A stretch of DNA of 64,000 bases from Clostridia bacterium (lineage in GTDB: Bacteria; Bacillota; Clostridia; UMGS1883): positions 1,429-65,428 of the forward strand of contig JAFSGW010000028.1 of NCBI GenBank assembly GCA_017440585.1, read 5' to 3'. The translations under genes and the position numbers were made by a program. Below the pieces are notes generated by a model. The model did not search any database and was not told where the DNA came from. It saw only the letters and a program-made list of their open reading frames with translations. Of the stretch, positions 10,048-17,687 are shown piece after piece (positions within the stretch are counted from its first letter, which is position 1; each line of letters begins with the position of its first letter).

Positions 10048-10590
10048 TTATTTTGTAAACTTTGAAAATATTTTTAAGTAGTAGGGAGAGAAGTAGATAA
10101 CAACGCTCTGGACAGCCAGCTTCAAAAGAGAGAAGGGCAGACGTTTTACAATCTCTACCTTAAAGATGAAATTGTACATGATTGTTAAAAAATATGTGTT
10201 TATAACAAGGCTTATTACAAGCTGAAGGAGCACACAAATAGCAAGCCTTACTATAAAGCCCTTTGAGAAGGTGTAGTGCTTATAAAAGCAGAGCCCGAAC
10301 ACTAAACCTGACAAAAATGCCGTTACCGACAAAAGGGGAGAAACGGAGCCGTAGAGCAGAAATGCACTGATGGCGTCGGATATTACATAGGTGATGCCAC
10401 CAGATACGGGACCGTAGAGTGCGGCAATTACAAAAACGGGCACGTAGGAAAAAGAAATCTGCAACGTTTGCGACACGGGGAGGGTTGACAATAAATCGAA
10501 CACCACCGCAAGTGCAATGAAAATTGACAATGTGCAGACCTGCCTTGTTGTGAATTTGCGAAAACCTAAGCTTTCAAGAAATTTTTGCAT
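10048..10590 (-). CDS. folT: folate family ECF transporter S component
   Basis: 180 aa, about 5-6 TM. The TTRQVCTLSIFIALAVVFDLLS...ISFSYVPVFVIAALYGPVSGG pattern resembles FolT. RBS GAAAGAGGTG lies 7 nt before the ATG. A THF riboswitch sits immediately upstream. Confidence 0.7.
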   Translation of the reverse strand: MQKFLESLGFRKFTTRQVCTLSIFIALAVVFDLLSTLPVSQTLQISFSYVPVFVIAALYGPVSGGITYVISDAISAFLLYGSVSPLLSVTAFLSGLVFGLCFYKHYTFSKGFIVRLAICVLLQLVISLVINTYFLTIMYNFIFKVEIVKRLPFSLLKLAVQSVVIYFSPYYLKIFSKFTK

Positions 10591-10648
10591 AAAAAAACAC
10601 CTCTTTCATAGTATATTGCTACAAAAAAGATGCCAACTGAGATTTTTG

Positions 10649-10746
10649 CAGCAACGGAATGCGAACACATAACCGCGGCACTGCCTTCGTGAATAGGACA
10701 ACTTCCCGTTCCTATCCCACTTAACGCTATGTGTTCTACTTTGCTG
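10649..10746 (-). ncRNA. THF (tetrahydrofolate) riboswitch in the folT 5-prime leader
   Basis: The minus-strand RNA reads CAGCAAAGUAGAACACAUAGCGUUAAGUGGGAUAGGAACGGGAAGUUGUCCUAUUCACGAAGGCAGUGCCGCGGUUAUGUGUUCGCAUUCCGUUGCUG. It has the conserved AGUAG, GCGUUAAGUG, a GGGA-containing loop on a hairpin, ACGAAG, CCGCGGU and a CAUUCC pseudoknot partner. P1 closes as CAGCAA/UUGCUG. Confidence 0.65.
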
Positions 10747-10751
10747 ATTTG

Positions 10752-10780
10752 AATATACCACCCGGGGGAATTTTTGTCAA
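10752..10780 (-). promoter_or_regulatory. sigma-A promoter for the riboswitch-folT transcript (TTGACA-17-TATATT)
   Basis: Read on the minus strand: TTGACAAAAATTCCCCCGGGTGGTATATT, ending about 5 nt before riboswitch P1. Confidence 0.5.
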
Positions 10781-10787
10781 TAGTGAG

Positions 10788-10816
10788 TTGACGGAAAGGA
10801 AGAAAAATTATATAAT
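10788..10816 (+). promoter_or_regulatory. sigma-A promoter for the ABC exporter operon (TTGACG-17-TATAAT)
   Basis: TTGACGGAAAGGAAGAAAAATTATATAAT, 22 nt upstream of the ORF start. Divergent from the folT promoter. Confidence 0.5.
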
Positions 10817-10838
10817 GAGCATATGGTTTTGGAAGTGA

Positions 10839-12560
10839 GTGATAAACATGAAAAATCTTTTTATTTATCTGAAAAATTATAAAAAGGAATGTGTGCTTGG
10901 CCCTGCCTTCAAGCTTTTAGAGGCACTGTTTGAGCTTTTTGTGCCCCTTGTAATGGCATCAATTATTGACCGTGGTATAAACGGAGGCGACAGGGGACAT
11001 ATATGGGCAATGATAGGCGTTATGATACTTTTAGGTGTTATAGGGCTTGTGTGCTCCATAACTGCCCAGTATTTCTGTGCTGTGGCGGCTGTGGGCTTTT
11101 CGGGTAAAATTAGGGCAAAGCTTTTTTCACATATCACAAATCTGAGCTTTAAAAGGTCGGACGAGGTTGGGCAGGCAACACTTATTGCAAGGCTTACAAG
11201 CGACATAAACCAGCTTCAGAACGGTGTAAACCTTGTATTAAGGCTCTTTTTACGCTCGCCCTTTATCGTTTTCGGTGCGGCTGTTATGGCGTTTACCGTT
11301 GATGTAAGGTCGGCACTTATATTTTTAGTAACAATACCCCTTCTTGCAGTTGTGGTTTTTGCAATTATTTTAGGCGGTGCACCTTTATACAAAAAGGTGC
11401 AGGTAAAGGTGGACTCCATCCTTAATATAACCCGTGAAAACCTTACCGGTGCAAGGGTTATCCGTGCATTTACTGCAGAAAAGGATGAAATAAAGAGGTT
11501 TGAGGAAACAAACCTTACTCTTATGCATAACCAGCTTTTTGCAGGTAAAATAACTGCACTTATGAACCCCCTTACCTATGTGATTGTTAACCTTTCAATT
11601 GTGTATATTCTCTACACAGGTGCTGTAAACGTGGAGGCGGGCGTGCTCACTCAGGGTGCGGTTGTGGCACTTGTAAATTACATGAGCCAGATTTTGGTTG
11701 AGCTTGTAAAGCTTGCAAACCTTATTATAACCGTTACAAAGGCTGTTGCCTGCGGTAACCGTATAAGTGATGTTTTAACCATGCCCGAGGGTATGGAAAC
11801 GGAAGAAGATAGTGACTGCGGCGAGGGTATGGTGCAGTTTAAAAACGTAAGCCTTTGCTATAACGGCGGTGAAAATTCACTTTCCGACATAAGCTTTACT
11901 GTGAAAAAGGGGCAGAGTGTGGGCATTATAGGTGTTACGGGCTCGGGTAAGTCCTCTTTAGTTAACCTTATAGGTCGCATTTACGATGCAACAGAGGGTG
12001 CGGTTTATGTTGACGGGAAAAATGTTAAAAGCTACAGCTTAGAGGAATTAAGGAAAAAGGTTTCCATTGTGCCTCAGAAGGCACAGCTTTTCAAGGGCAC
12101 CATAAGAAGTAATGTTGCTTTCGGAAAAAGCGATGCAACTGATGAAGAAATAATGAATGCAATCCGTGTTGCACAGGCAGAGGATGTTGTTAAAGAAAAG
12201 GGCGGTCTTGATGCGGAAATAAGCCAGATGGGCAGAAACCTTTCCGGCGGACAGAGGCAGAGGCTTACAATTGCCCGTGCCATAGTGAAAGGGGCAGACA
12301 TTCTCATTCTTGACGACAGTGCCTCTGCACTTGACTACAAGACAGATTACAACCTTCGTAAGAGTATAGGTGAAATTAAGGATACAACGGTATTTATTGT
12401 TTCACAGAGAGCCTCAAGCGTAATGAACTGTGATATGATAATTGCCCTTGAGGATGGCTCTGTTGCAGGCATTGGCACACATGAGGAGCTTCTTGCAAAT
12501 TGCGGAGTTTATGAAGAAATTTATTACTCCCAGTATGAAAGGGGTGATTTTAATGAGTAA
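10839..12560 (+). CDS. ABC transporter ATP-binding/permease protein (fused TMD-NBD exporter, half of a heterodimer)
   Basis: 573 aa. Six N-terminal TM helices. Walker A GVTGSGKSS, ABC signature LSGGQRQR, Walker B ILILDD. Confidence 0.85.
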   Translation: MINMKNLFIYLKNYKKECVLGPAFKLLEALFELFVPLVMASIIDRGINGGDRGHIWAMIGVMILLGVIGLVCSITAQYFCAVAAVGFSGKIRAKLFSHITNLSFKRSDEVGQATLIARLTSDINQLQNGVNLVLRLFLRSPFIVFGAAVMAFTVDVRSALIFLVTIPLLAVVVFAIILGGAPLYKKVQVKVDSILNITRENLTGARVIRAFTAEKDEIKRFEETNLTLMHNQLFAGKITALMNPLTYVIVNLSIVYILYTGAVNVEAGVLTQGAVVALVNYMSQILVELVKLANLIITVTKAVACGNRISDVLTMPEGMETEEDSDCGEGMVQFKNVSLCYNGGENSLSDISFTVKKGQSVGIIGVTGSGKSSLVNLIGRIYDATEGAVYVDGKNVKSYSLEELRKKVSIVPQKAQLFKGTIRSNVAFGKSDATDEEIMNAIRVAQAEDVVKEKGGLDAEISQMGRNLSGGQRQRLTIARAIVKGADILILDDSASALDYKTDYNLRKSIGEIKDTTVFIVSQRASSVMNCDMIIALEDGSVAGIGTHEELLANCGVYEEIYYSQYERGDFNE

Positions 12561-14289
12561 TGCTGTTATTGTTAAAAAACTGCTTAAGTATCTTAAGGGC
12601 AGCAGAAGGTACTTGTTATTATCACTTTTATTTGCCTTTATCACAACGGCACTTACCCTTCTTGTGCCGATTTTAACGGGTCTTGCAGTGGACAAAATGA
12701 TTGACAAGGGTAATGTTCAGATGGAGAGCGTGGTAAGAATTATTGTTATAATAGCCGTAGCCACACTGGTAACTGCCCTTGTGCAGTGGGTTATGAACAT
12801 TATAAATAACCGCGTTACCTATACGGTTGTAAGGCGTGTGAGGGATGAGGCATTCAATAAGATACAGTCACTTCCCTTATCCTATATTGACTCTCACCGC
12901 ACGGGTGATGTTGTAAACCGTGTTATAAGCGACGTTGACCAGTTTGCAGAGGGGCTTCTGATGGGGCTCAGCCAGTCCTTTTCCTCGGTTCTGACAATTG
13001 TGGGAACCTTGGCTTTCATGGTTGCGATTAACTGGAAAATTGCCCTTGTGGTGCTCCTTGTTACACCCCTGAGCTTTGTGGTGGCGGCATTTATTGCAAA
13101 GAAAACCTATTCCATGTTTAAGCTGCGGACAGAAACTCAGGGTGAGGCAACTGCATATATTGACGAAATGGTCATGGGTAAGGGCGTGGTTGCAGCCTTT
13201 ACAAAAGAGGCTGAGGTAACAGAAAGGTTTGAAGAAATAAACGAAAGGTTAAATGCGGCAACCTTGGATGCTGTGTTCTATTCCTCCATTACAAACCCTG
13301 CAACAAGGTTTGTAAACAGCGTTGTTTATGCTTTAGTCGGGCTTACGGGTGCTTTATCCTCCGTGGCAGGCGGCATAACAGTAGGTGCACTTTCCTCCTT
13401 TTTAAGCTATGCAAACCAGTACACCAAGCCCTTTAACGAAATTTCGGGCGTTGTGACAGAGCTGCAGAATGCAGTTATCTGTGCAGGCAGAATTTTAGAG
13501 GTTATTGAAGAGAAAAGCGAAATTGAGGACAAGGCGGATGCGGCTGTTATAGAGGGTGACCGTGGAGAAGTACGCCTTGAAAAGGTATCCTTTTCTTATG
13601 ATAAAGCAAAGAAGCTTATTGAAGACCTTGACCTTGATGTTAAGAAGGGGCAGAGGGTTGCAATTGTTGGCCCTACGGGCTGCGGTAAAACCACACTTAT
13701 AAACCTTCTTATGCGTTTTTACGATGTGGACGAGGGCGTGATTTCCCTTGAGGGTAAAAGCCTTGGTGATATTACAAGAAAGAGCCTTCGTGAAGGCTTT
13801 GGTATGGTATTGCAGGAAACCTGGCTCAGAAGCGGTACAGTTAAGGAAAACATTGCCTTTGGTAAAAAGGATGCCACCGATGAGGAAATTATTGAGGCGG
13901 CGAAAAAGGCTCATGCTCACAGCTTTATAAAGAGGCTTCCCAAGGGCTATGATACTCATATCAGTGACAGCTACGGCTTAAGCCAGGGACAAAAACAGCT
14001 ACTCTGTATAGCACGCCTTATGCTCGTAAAGCCTCCCATGCTCATACTTGACGAGGCAACAAGCAGTATTGACACACGTACCGAGATACGTATTCAGAAA
14101 GCATTTTCCACCCTTATGGAGGGCAGAACAAGCTTTATTGTGGCACACAGGCTTTCCACAATACGTGAGGCAGACCTGATACTTGTTATGCGTGACGGAA
14201 AGATTGTTGAAAAGGGCAACCATAAGGAATTGATGGCAAAGGATGGCTTCTATAAGGAGCTGTATAATGCAGGTTTAAATAAAGAGTAA
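12553..14289 (+). CDS. ABC transporter ATP-binding/permease protein (second half of the heterodimeric exporter)
   Basis: ATG at 12553 overlaps the upstream stop by 8 nt; the track's longer ORF starts at 12442. Walker A GPTGCGKTT, signature LSQGQKQ, Walker B ILDEATS. Confidence 0.85.
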   Translation: MSNAVIVKKLLKYLKGSRRYLLLSLLFAFITTALTLLVPILTGLAVDKMIDKGNVQMESVVRIIVIIAVATLVTALVQWVMNIINNRVTYTVVRRVRDEAFNKIQSLPLSYIDSHRTGDVVNRVISDVDQFAEGLLMGLSQSFSSVLTIVGTLAFMVAINWKIALVVLLVTPLSFVVAAFIAKKTYSMFKLRTETQGEATAYIDEMVMGKGVVAAFTKEAEVTERFEEINERLNAATLDAVFYSSITNPATRFVNSVVYALVGLTGALSSVAGGITVGALSSFLSYANQYTKPFNEISGVVTELQNAVICAGRILEVIEEKSEIEDKADAAVIEGDRGEVRLEKVSFSYDKAKKLIEDLDLDVKKGQRVAIVGPTGCGKTTLINLLMRFYDVDEGVISLEGKSLGDITRKSLREGFGMVLQETWLRSGTVKENIAFGKKDATDEEIIEAAKKAHAHSFIKRLPKGYDTHISDSYGLSQGQKQLLCIARLMLVKPPMLILDEATSSIDTRTEIRIQKAFSTLMEGRTSFIVAHRLSTIREADLILVMRDGKIVEKGNHKELMAKDGFYKELYNAGLNKE

Positions 14290-14310
14290 AAAAGGATACG
14301 AAAAAAAGGA

Positions 14311-14336
14311 TGCAAAGCATCCTTTTTTTGTTGCAA
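14311..14336. terminator. bidirectional rho-independent terminator
   Basis: AAAAAAAGGATGCAAAGCATCCTTTTTTTG palindrome. Followed by TTGCAA-17-TATAAT promoter-like sequence at about 14336-14365. Confidence 0.6.
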
Positions 14337-14403
14337 TGGAATAAAATAGGTGATATAATAAGTTAGTAATATTGTAATAAAAAAGACGGAAGGAATGGGA
14401 TTT

Positions 14404-14847
14404 ATGCAGGAGATTTTACCAAAGATACTGACATATCTTTTTGTTATTGTGGTTTACGCGTTCATATATACCATTATCCGTATGATTTTTCTTGATATAA
14501 GAACTATGGCGAGAAAGAAAAATATTACCCAGGCAGAGGGCTATTTAAAGCTTATGAATTTAAAAACCGATATTGATTTTTCGGTTAATGAAAGCTACGA
14601 GCTTGAAAAGGACAACCTTATAGGAAGAGGACCAAAGTGCCGTATACGGATTGCGGACCCTGCTTTAAGCAGTACACATTGCCGTATTTACAAGGCGGAG
14701 GACACCTTCTTTATTGAAGATAACGACAGTGCAAACGGAACACTTTTAAACGGAGAAAATATTGCAGATGAGGTTGTGGAGCTTATTGACGGCGACAAGA
14801 TTTCGATAGGCTCATTGATGTTTATGTTTGTAAGACCCGAAAACTGA
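14404..14847 (+). CDS. FHA domain-containing membrane protein
   Basis: N-terminal TM segment then FHA core GRGPKCRIRIADPALSSTHCRIY...NGTLLNGENI. RBS GGAAGGA lies 9 nt before the ATG at 14404; the track ORF starts at 14395. Confidence 0.7.
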   Translation: MQEILPKILTYLFVIVVYAFIYTIIRMIFLDIRTMARKKNITQAEGYLKLMNLKTDIDFSVNESYELEKDNLIGRGPKCRIRIADPALSSTHCRIYKAEDTFFIEDNDSANGTLLNGENIADEVVELIDGDKISIGSLMFMFVRPEN

Positions 14848-14850
14848 CAG

Positions 14851-16125
14851 GTGGTTAATATGAAAAATGATAATTACATAGTAAGGCCGCTTATATGTAT
14901 ACTGCTTGTGGTGCTTCTTGGCGGTGTGCTCTTAAGCCTTAATATGGGAAAGGTTAATTCCGACACGGCATTGCTTCTTGGCGGTATGTGCCTTACGTTG
15001 GCTGTGGTATATGCCCTTTTAAGGTTTTTCCCATTGGGCGACCATTACATTTTTATGATTACTGCAATGCTTGGCGTAATAGGCGTTATAATGCTTTTAA
15101 GGCTTCAGACGGGCCACGGGCAGAAGCAGGTTATATGGTTCAGCGTGGGTGCAGGCTTGTTTTTGATAACGAGTATTGTGTACCGCTTCGGAAAATTCTG
15201 GAACAAGCTTAACAAGCTTTATGTTACGGGCGGTGTGATGCTGTTTCTGATAACTGCACTTTTCGGCTATTCCTCAGGCGGTGCAAAAAGCTGGCTGAGG
15301 CTCGGGGGCTTTTCCTTCCAGCCAAGTGAGCTTATAAAAATACTTTTTATACTTACCCTTGCAGGCGTTTTTACAAATGAGTATAAAAAGCCTAAGGAAA
15401 AGGATGTAAAAATTAAAACCTTTTACAATACAAAGCTGGGCAGAAACTGTGCGGCAACGGTGGTTTGTTACACCTTTTTGCTGTTTTTGCTCCTTCAGCG
15501 TGACTGGGGTACGGCAGTTTTATTCTTTGCAATTTACATTGCCTATATGGCAGTTTACGGTGAGGACAAGAGGTTTTTGCTGTTAAACGGTGTGGCGGCT
15601 GTGCTTGTGAGCATTATGGGCATAAGCTTTATGAACCACATTCAAGTAAGAATTGAAACCTGGCTCAGACCATTCCAGGATGTGGCAGGAAAGGGCTATC
15701 AGATAACACAGTCACTTTTTGCAATTGGCGAGGGTAGCTTTACGGGGCGTGGTATAGGTGCAGGAAGCCCTTACTACATTCCCGAGGTGCACAGCGACTT
15801 TATCTTTTCTGCAATATGCGAGGAGATGGGCATACTTGGCGGCTTGGCTGTGCTGATGCTCTACTTCGTTCTGGTGTACAGAGCATTTAAAATTTCCCTT
15901 TCCACAAATAATGAATTCAATAAGGCGGTGGCTATGGGTATAGGGGTTATGATTGGTGTTCAGACCTTTATAATCATAGGCGGTGTTATAAAGTTTATAC
16001 CTCTTACGGGTATTACGCTTCCCTTTATATCCTACGGTGGGTCAAGCATGGTTGTGACCTTCCTTTCACTGGGGATATTGCAGGGCATTTCTGCAAGAAG
16101 GAGGGAGATAGAGGATGAAATATAA
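14851..16125 (+). CDS. FtsW/RodA/SpoVE family (SEDS) peptidoglycan glycosyltransferase
   Basis: 424 aa. About 10 TM. SEDS motifs (GAKSWL, SDFIFS..EE.G, PFISYGGSS). Overlaps the downstream PBP by 11 nt. Confidence 0.85.
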   Translation: MVNMKNDNYIVRPLICILLVVLLGGVLLSLNMGKVNSDTALLLGGMCLTLAVVYALLRFFPLGDHYIFMITAMLGVIGVIMLLRLQTGHGQKQVIWFSVGAGLFLITSIVYRFGKFWNKLNKLYVTGGVMLFLITALFGYSSGGAKSWLRLGGFSFQPSELIKILFILTLAGVFTNEYKKPKEKDVKIKTFYNTKLGRNCAATVVCYTFLLFLLLQRDWGTAVLFFAIYIAYMAVYGEDKRFLLLNGVAAVLVSIMGISFMNHIQVRIETWLRPFQDVAGKGYQITQSLFAIGEGSFTGRGIGAGSPYYIPEVHSDFIFSAICEEMGILGGLAVLMLYFVLVYRAFKISLSTNNEFNKAVAMGIGVMIGVQTFIIIGGVIKFIPLTGITLPFISYGGSSMVVTFLSLGILQGISARRREIEDEI

Positions 16126-17512
16126 CGGAAAAATTATTACCGTTATGGTGGTTATATGTGCCATGTTCTTATCTTTGGCGGTGTATCTTACCTACTTTAC
16201 GCTTTTTGATGCTCCCGAGGTTGTTGAAAACAAGTTCAACAAAAGAATAAGGGAGAGGGAGGAAAGTATTTTAAGAGGTGCCGTGTACGACTCCTGCGGC
16301 GAGGTTTTAGCCTACAGCGGTATGGAGGGCAACAGACAGAAGAGGTATTACCCCTTTAAGGAAAGATATGCCCACGTTATAGGCTACAATTCGGTAACCT
16401 ATGATAAGTCGGGCTTGGAGAGCACCTTTAACGATATTTTGGTTAAAAGTGACCCTCTTGAAAATATTTCGGGCTTTTTTGACATGACGGGCGAGATGGA
16501 AAAGGGTGCTGATTTGTACCTTACCATTGATAACGGCTTTACTGCAAAGGCTGAAAAGCTTATGGGCAGACGCCAGGGCTCCGTTGTTGCATTAAAGCCA
16601 AAAACGGGCGAGGTTGTGTGCCTTTACTCAAACCCGTCCTTTGACCCTAACGAAAAAGCACTTGAGGAAAGCTTCAAAGAGCTTTCGCAAAGCGAAAACG
16701 CTCCATTTTTAGGAAGAGCAACCCAGGGACTTTATCCCCCGGGGTCAACCTTCAAGATTGTAACCGCTGCAGCGGCACTTGAGGAAAACATAGGTGTGAG
16801 CATTACAGACGAGGGCTCTACAATAATTGACGGCTATGTGGTTGAAAACTACAATGGTAAGAAGCTTGGAGAGATTGACATAAAGCAAGGCTTTGCAAAA
16901 TCCAGCAATGTTATGTTTGCATCCTACGCTGTACAGCTTGGTGAAAAGAAAATGGAAAATATTATTGAGCGGTTTGGTATAGGCGAAAAGATGGATTTTG
17001 ACATAAGGACGAGTAAGTCCCTCTTTAACTACGAAAACGCAATGGGGCAGACAGATTTGGCAGCCTGCGGTATTGGGCAGGGTAAGCTTCTGGTAACGCC
17101 CCTTAACATGGCACTTGTGGCGGCAGGCATTGCAAACGATGGCGTTATAATGGAGCCTTACATTGTTGAAAAGGCAATGTACCCTTCGGGAAGGCAGGCT
17201 TATAAGTCGAAGCCCAAGGTGTGGAAAACTGCTGTGAACGAGGAAGTGGCAGGGATGGTTGAGGACATGATGATTGAATGTGTTGAAACCGGAACGGGCA
17301 CGGGTGCGAAAATAAATGGCATTACCGTTGCAGGCAAGACGGGTACTGCGGAAAACGAAGAGTCGGACAAGACACATGCATGGTTTGTGTGCTATGCCCC
17401 CGCTGAAAACCCCGAAATTGCAATTTGTGTTATGCAGGAATATGCAGGGGTGACGGGCAGTAGCTGTGCTCCCATTGCAAGAGATTTGATAAATTATTAT
17501 TTGAATAAGTAA
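16115..17512 (+). CDS. penicillin-binding protein 2 (class B transpeptidase)
   Basis: 465 aa. N-terminal TM anchor. Active-site motifs STFK, SSN and KTGTA. Confidence 0.85.
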   Translation: MKYNGKIITVMVVICAMFLSLAVYLTYFTLFDAPEVVENKFNKRIREREESILRGAVYDSCGEVLAYSGMEGNRQKRYYPFKERYAHVIGYNSVTYDKSGLESTFNDILVKSDPLENISGFFDMTGEMEKGADLYLTIDNGFTAKAEKLMGRRQGSVVALKPKTGEVVCLYSNPSFDPNEKALEESFKELSQSENAPFLGRATQGLYPPGSTFKIVTAAAALEENIGVSITDEGSTIIDGYVVENYNGKKLGEIDIKQGFAKSSNVMFASYAVQLGEKKMENIIERFGIGEKMDFDIRTSKSLFNYENAMGQTDLAACGIGQGKLLVTPLNMALVAAGIANDGVIMEPYIVEKAMYPSGRQAYKSKPKVWKTAVNEEVAGMVEDMMIECVETGTGTGAKINGITVAGKTGTAENEESDKTHAWFVCYAPAENPEIAICVMQEYAGVTGSSCAPIARDLINYYLNK

Positions 17513-17687
17513 GTGGGTTGCAGGCTTCTTTGATTAGGTAAGTGCAACATTTTTATAAGGAACAGGGACACGCCTGCTTCGTCTAAATTTATTTGTGCAA
17601 ACAGAGCTTTCTATCGTGGGTCAGGCATGTCCCATGTTGTGGGCTTCAGGGAGTATTGCATGTTATGTATAGAAAGGATGGATTTAC

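Noticed and set aside
9830-10081. 83-aa plus-strand ORF (MLGAIFFVNAFIRNK...) and a roughly 47-codon TTG-initiated minus-strand ORF in the structured spacer.
   Set aside because: No proper RBS for the plus ORF. Both are basic and low complexity, and they overlap stable hairpins and the terminator copy. More consistent with noncoding structured sequence.
12442-12552. Longer N-terminal extension of the second ABC gene (track start 12442).
   Set aside because: The extension overlaps the C-terminus of the first ABC gene in another frame. The ATG at 12553 gives the classic stop/start overlap and the MSNAVIVKK N-terminus.
16745-17377. 210-aa minus-strand ORF inside the PBP2 gene.
   Set aside because: Antisense to a gene with intact PBP active-site motifs. 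Cys/His-rich low-complexity translation.
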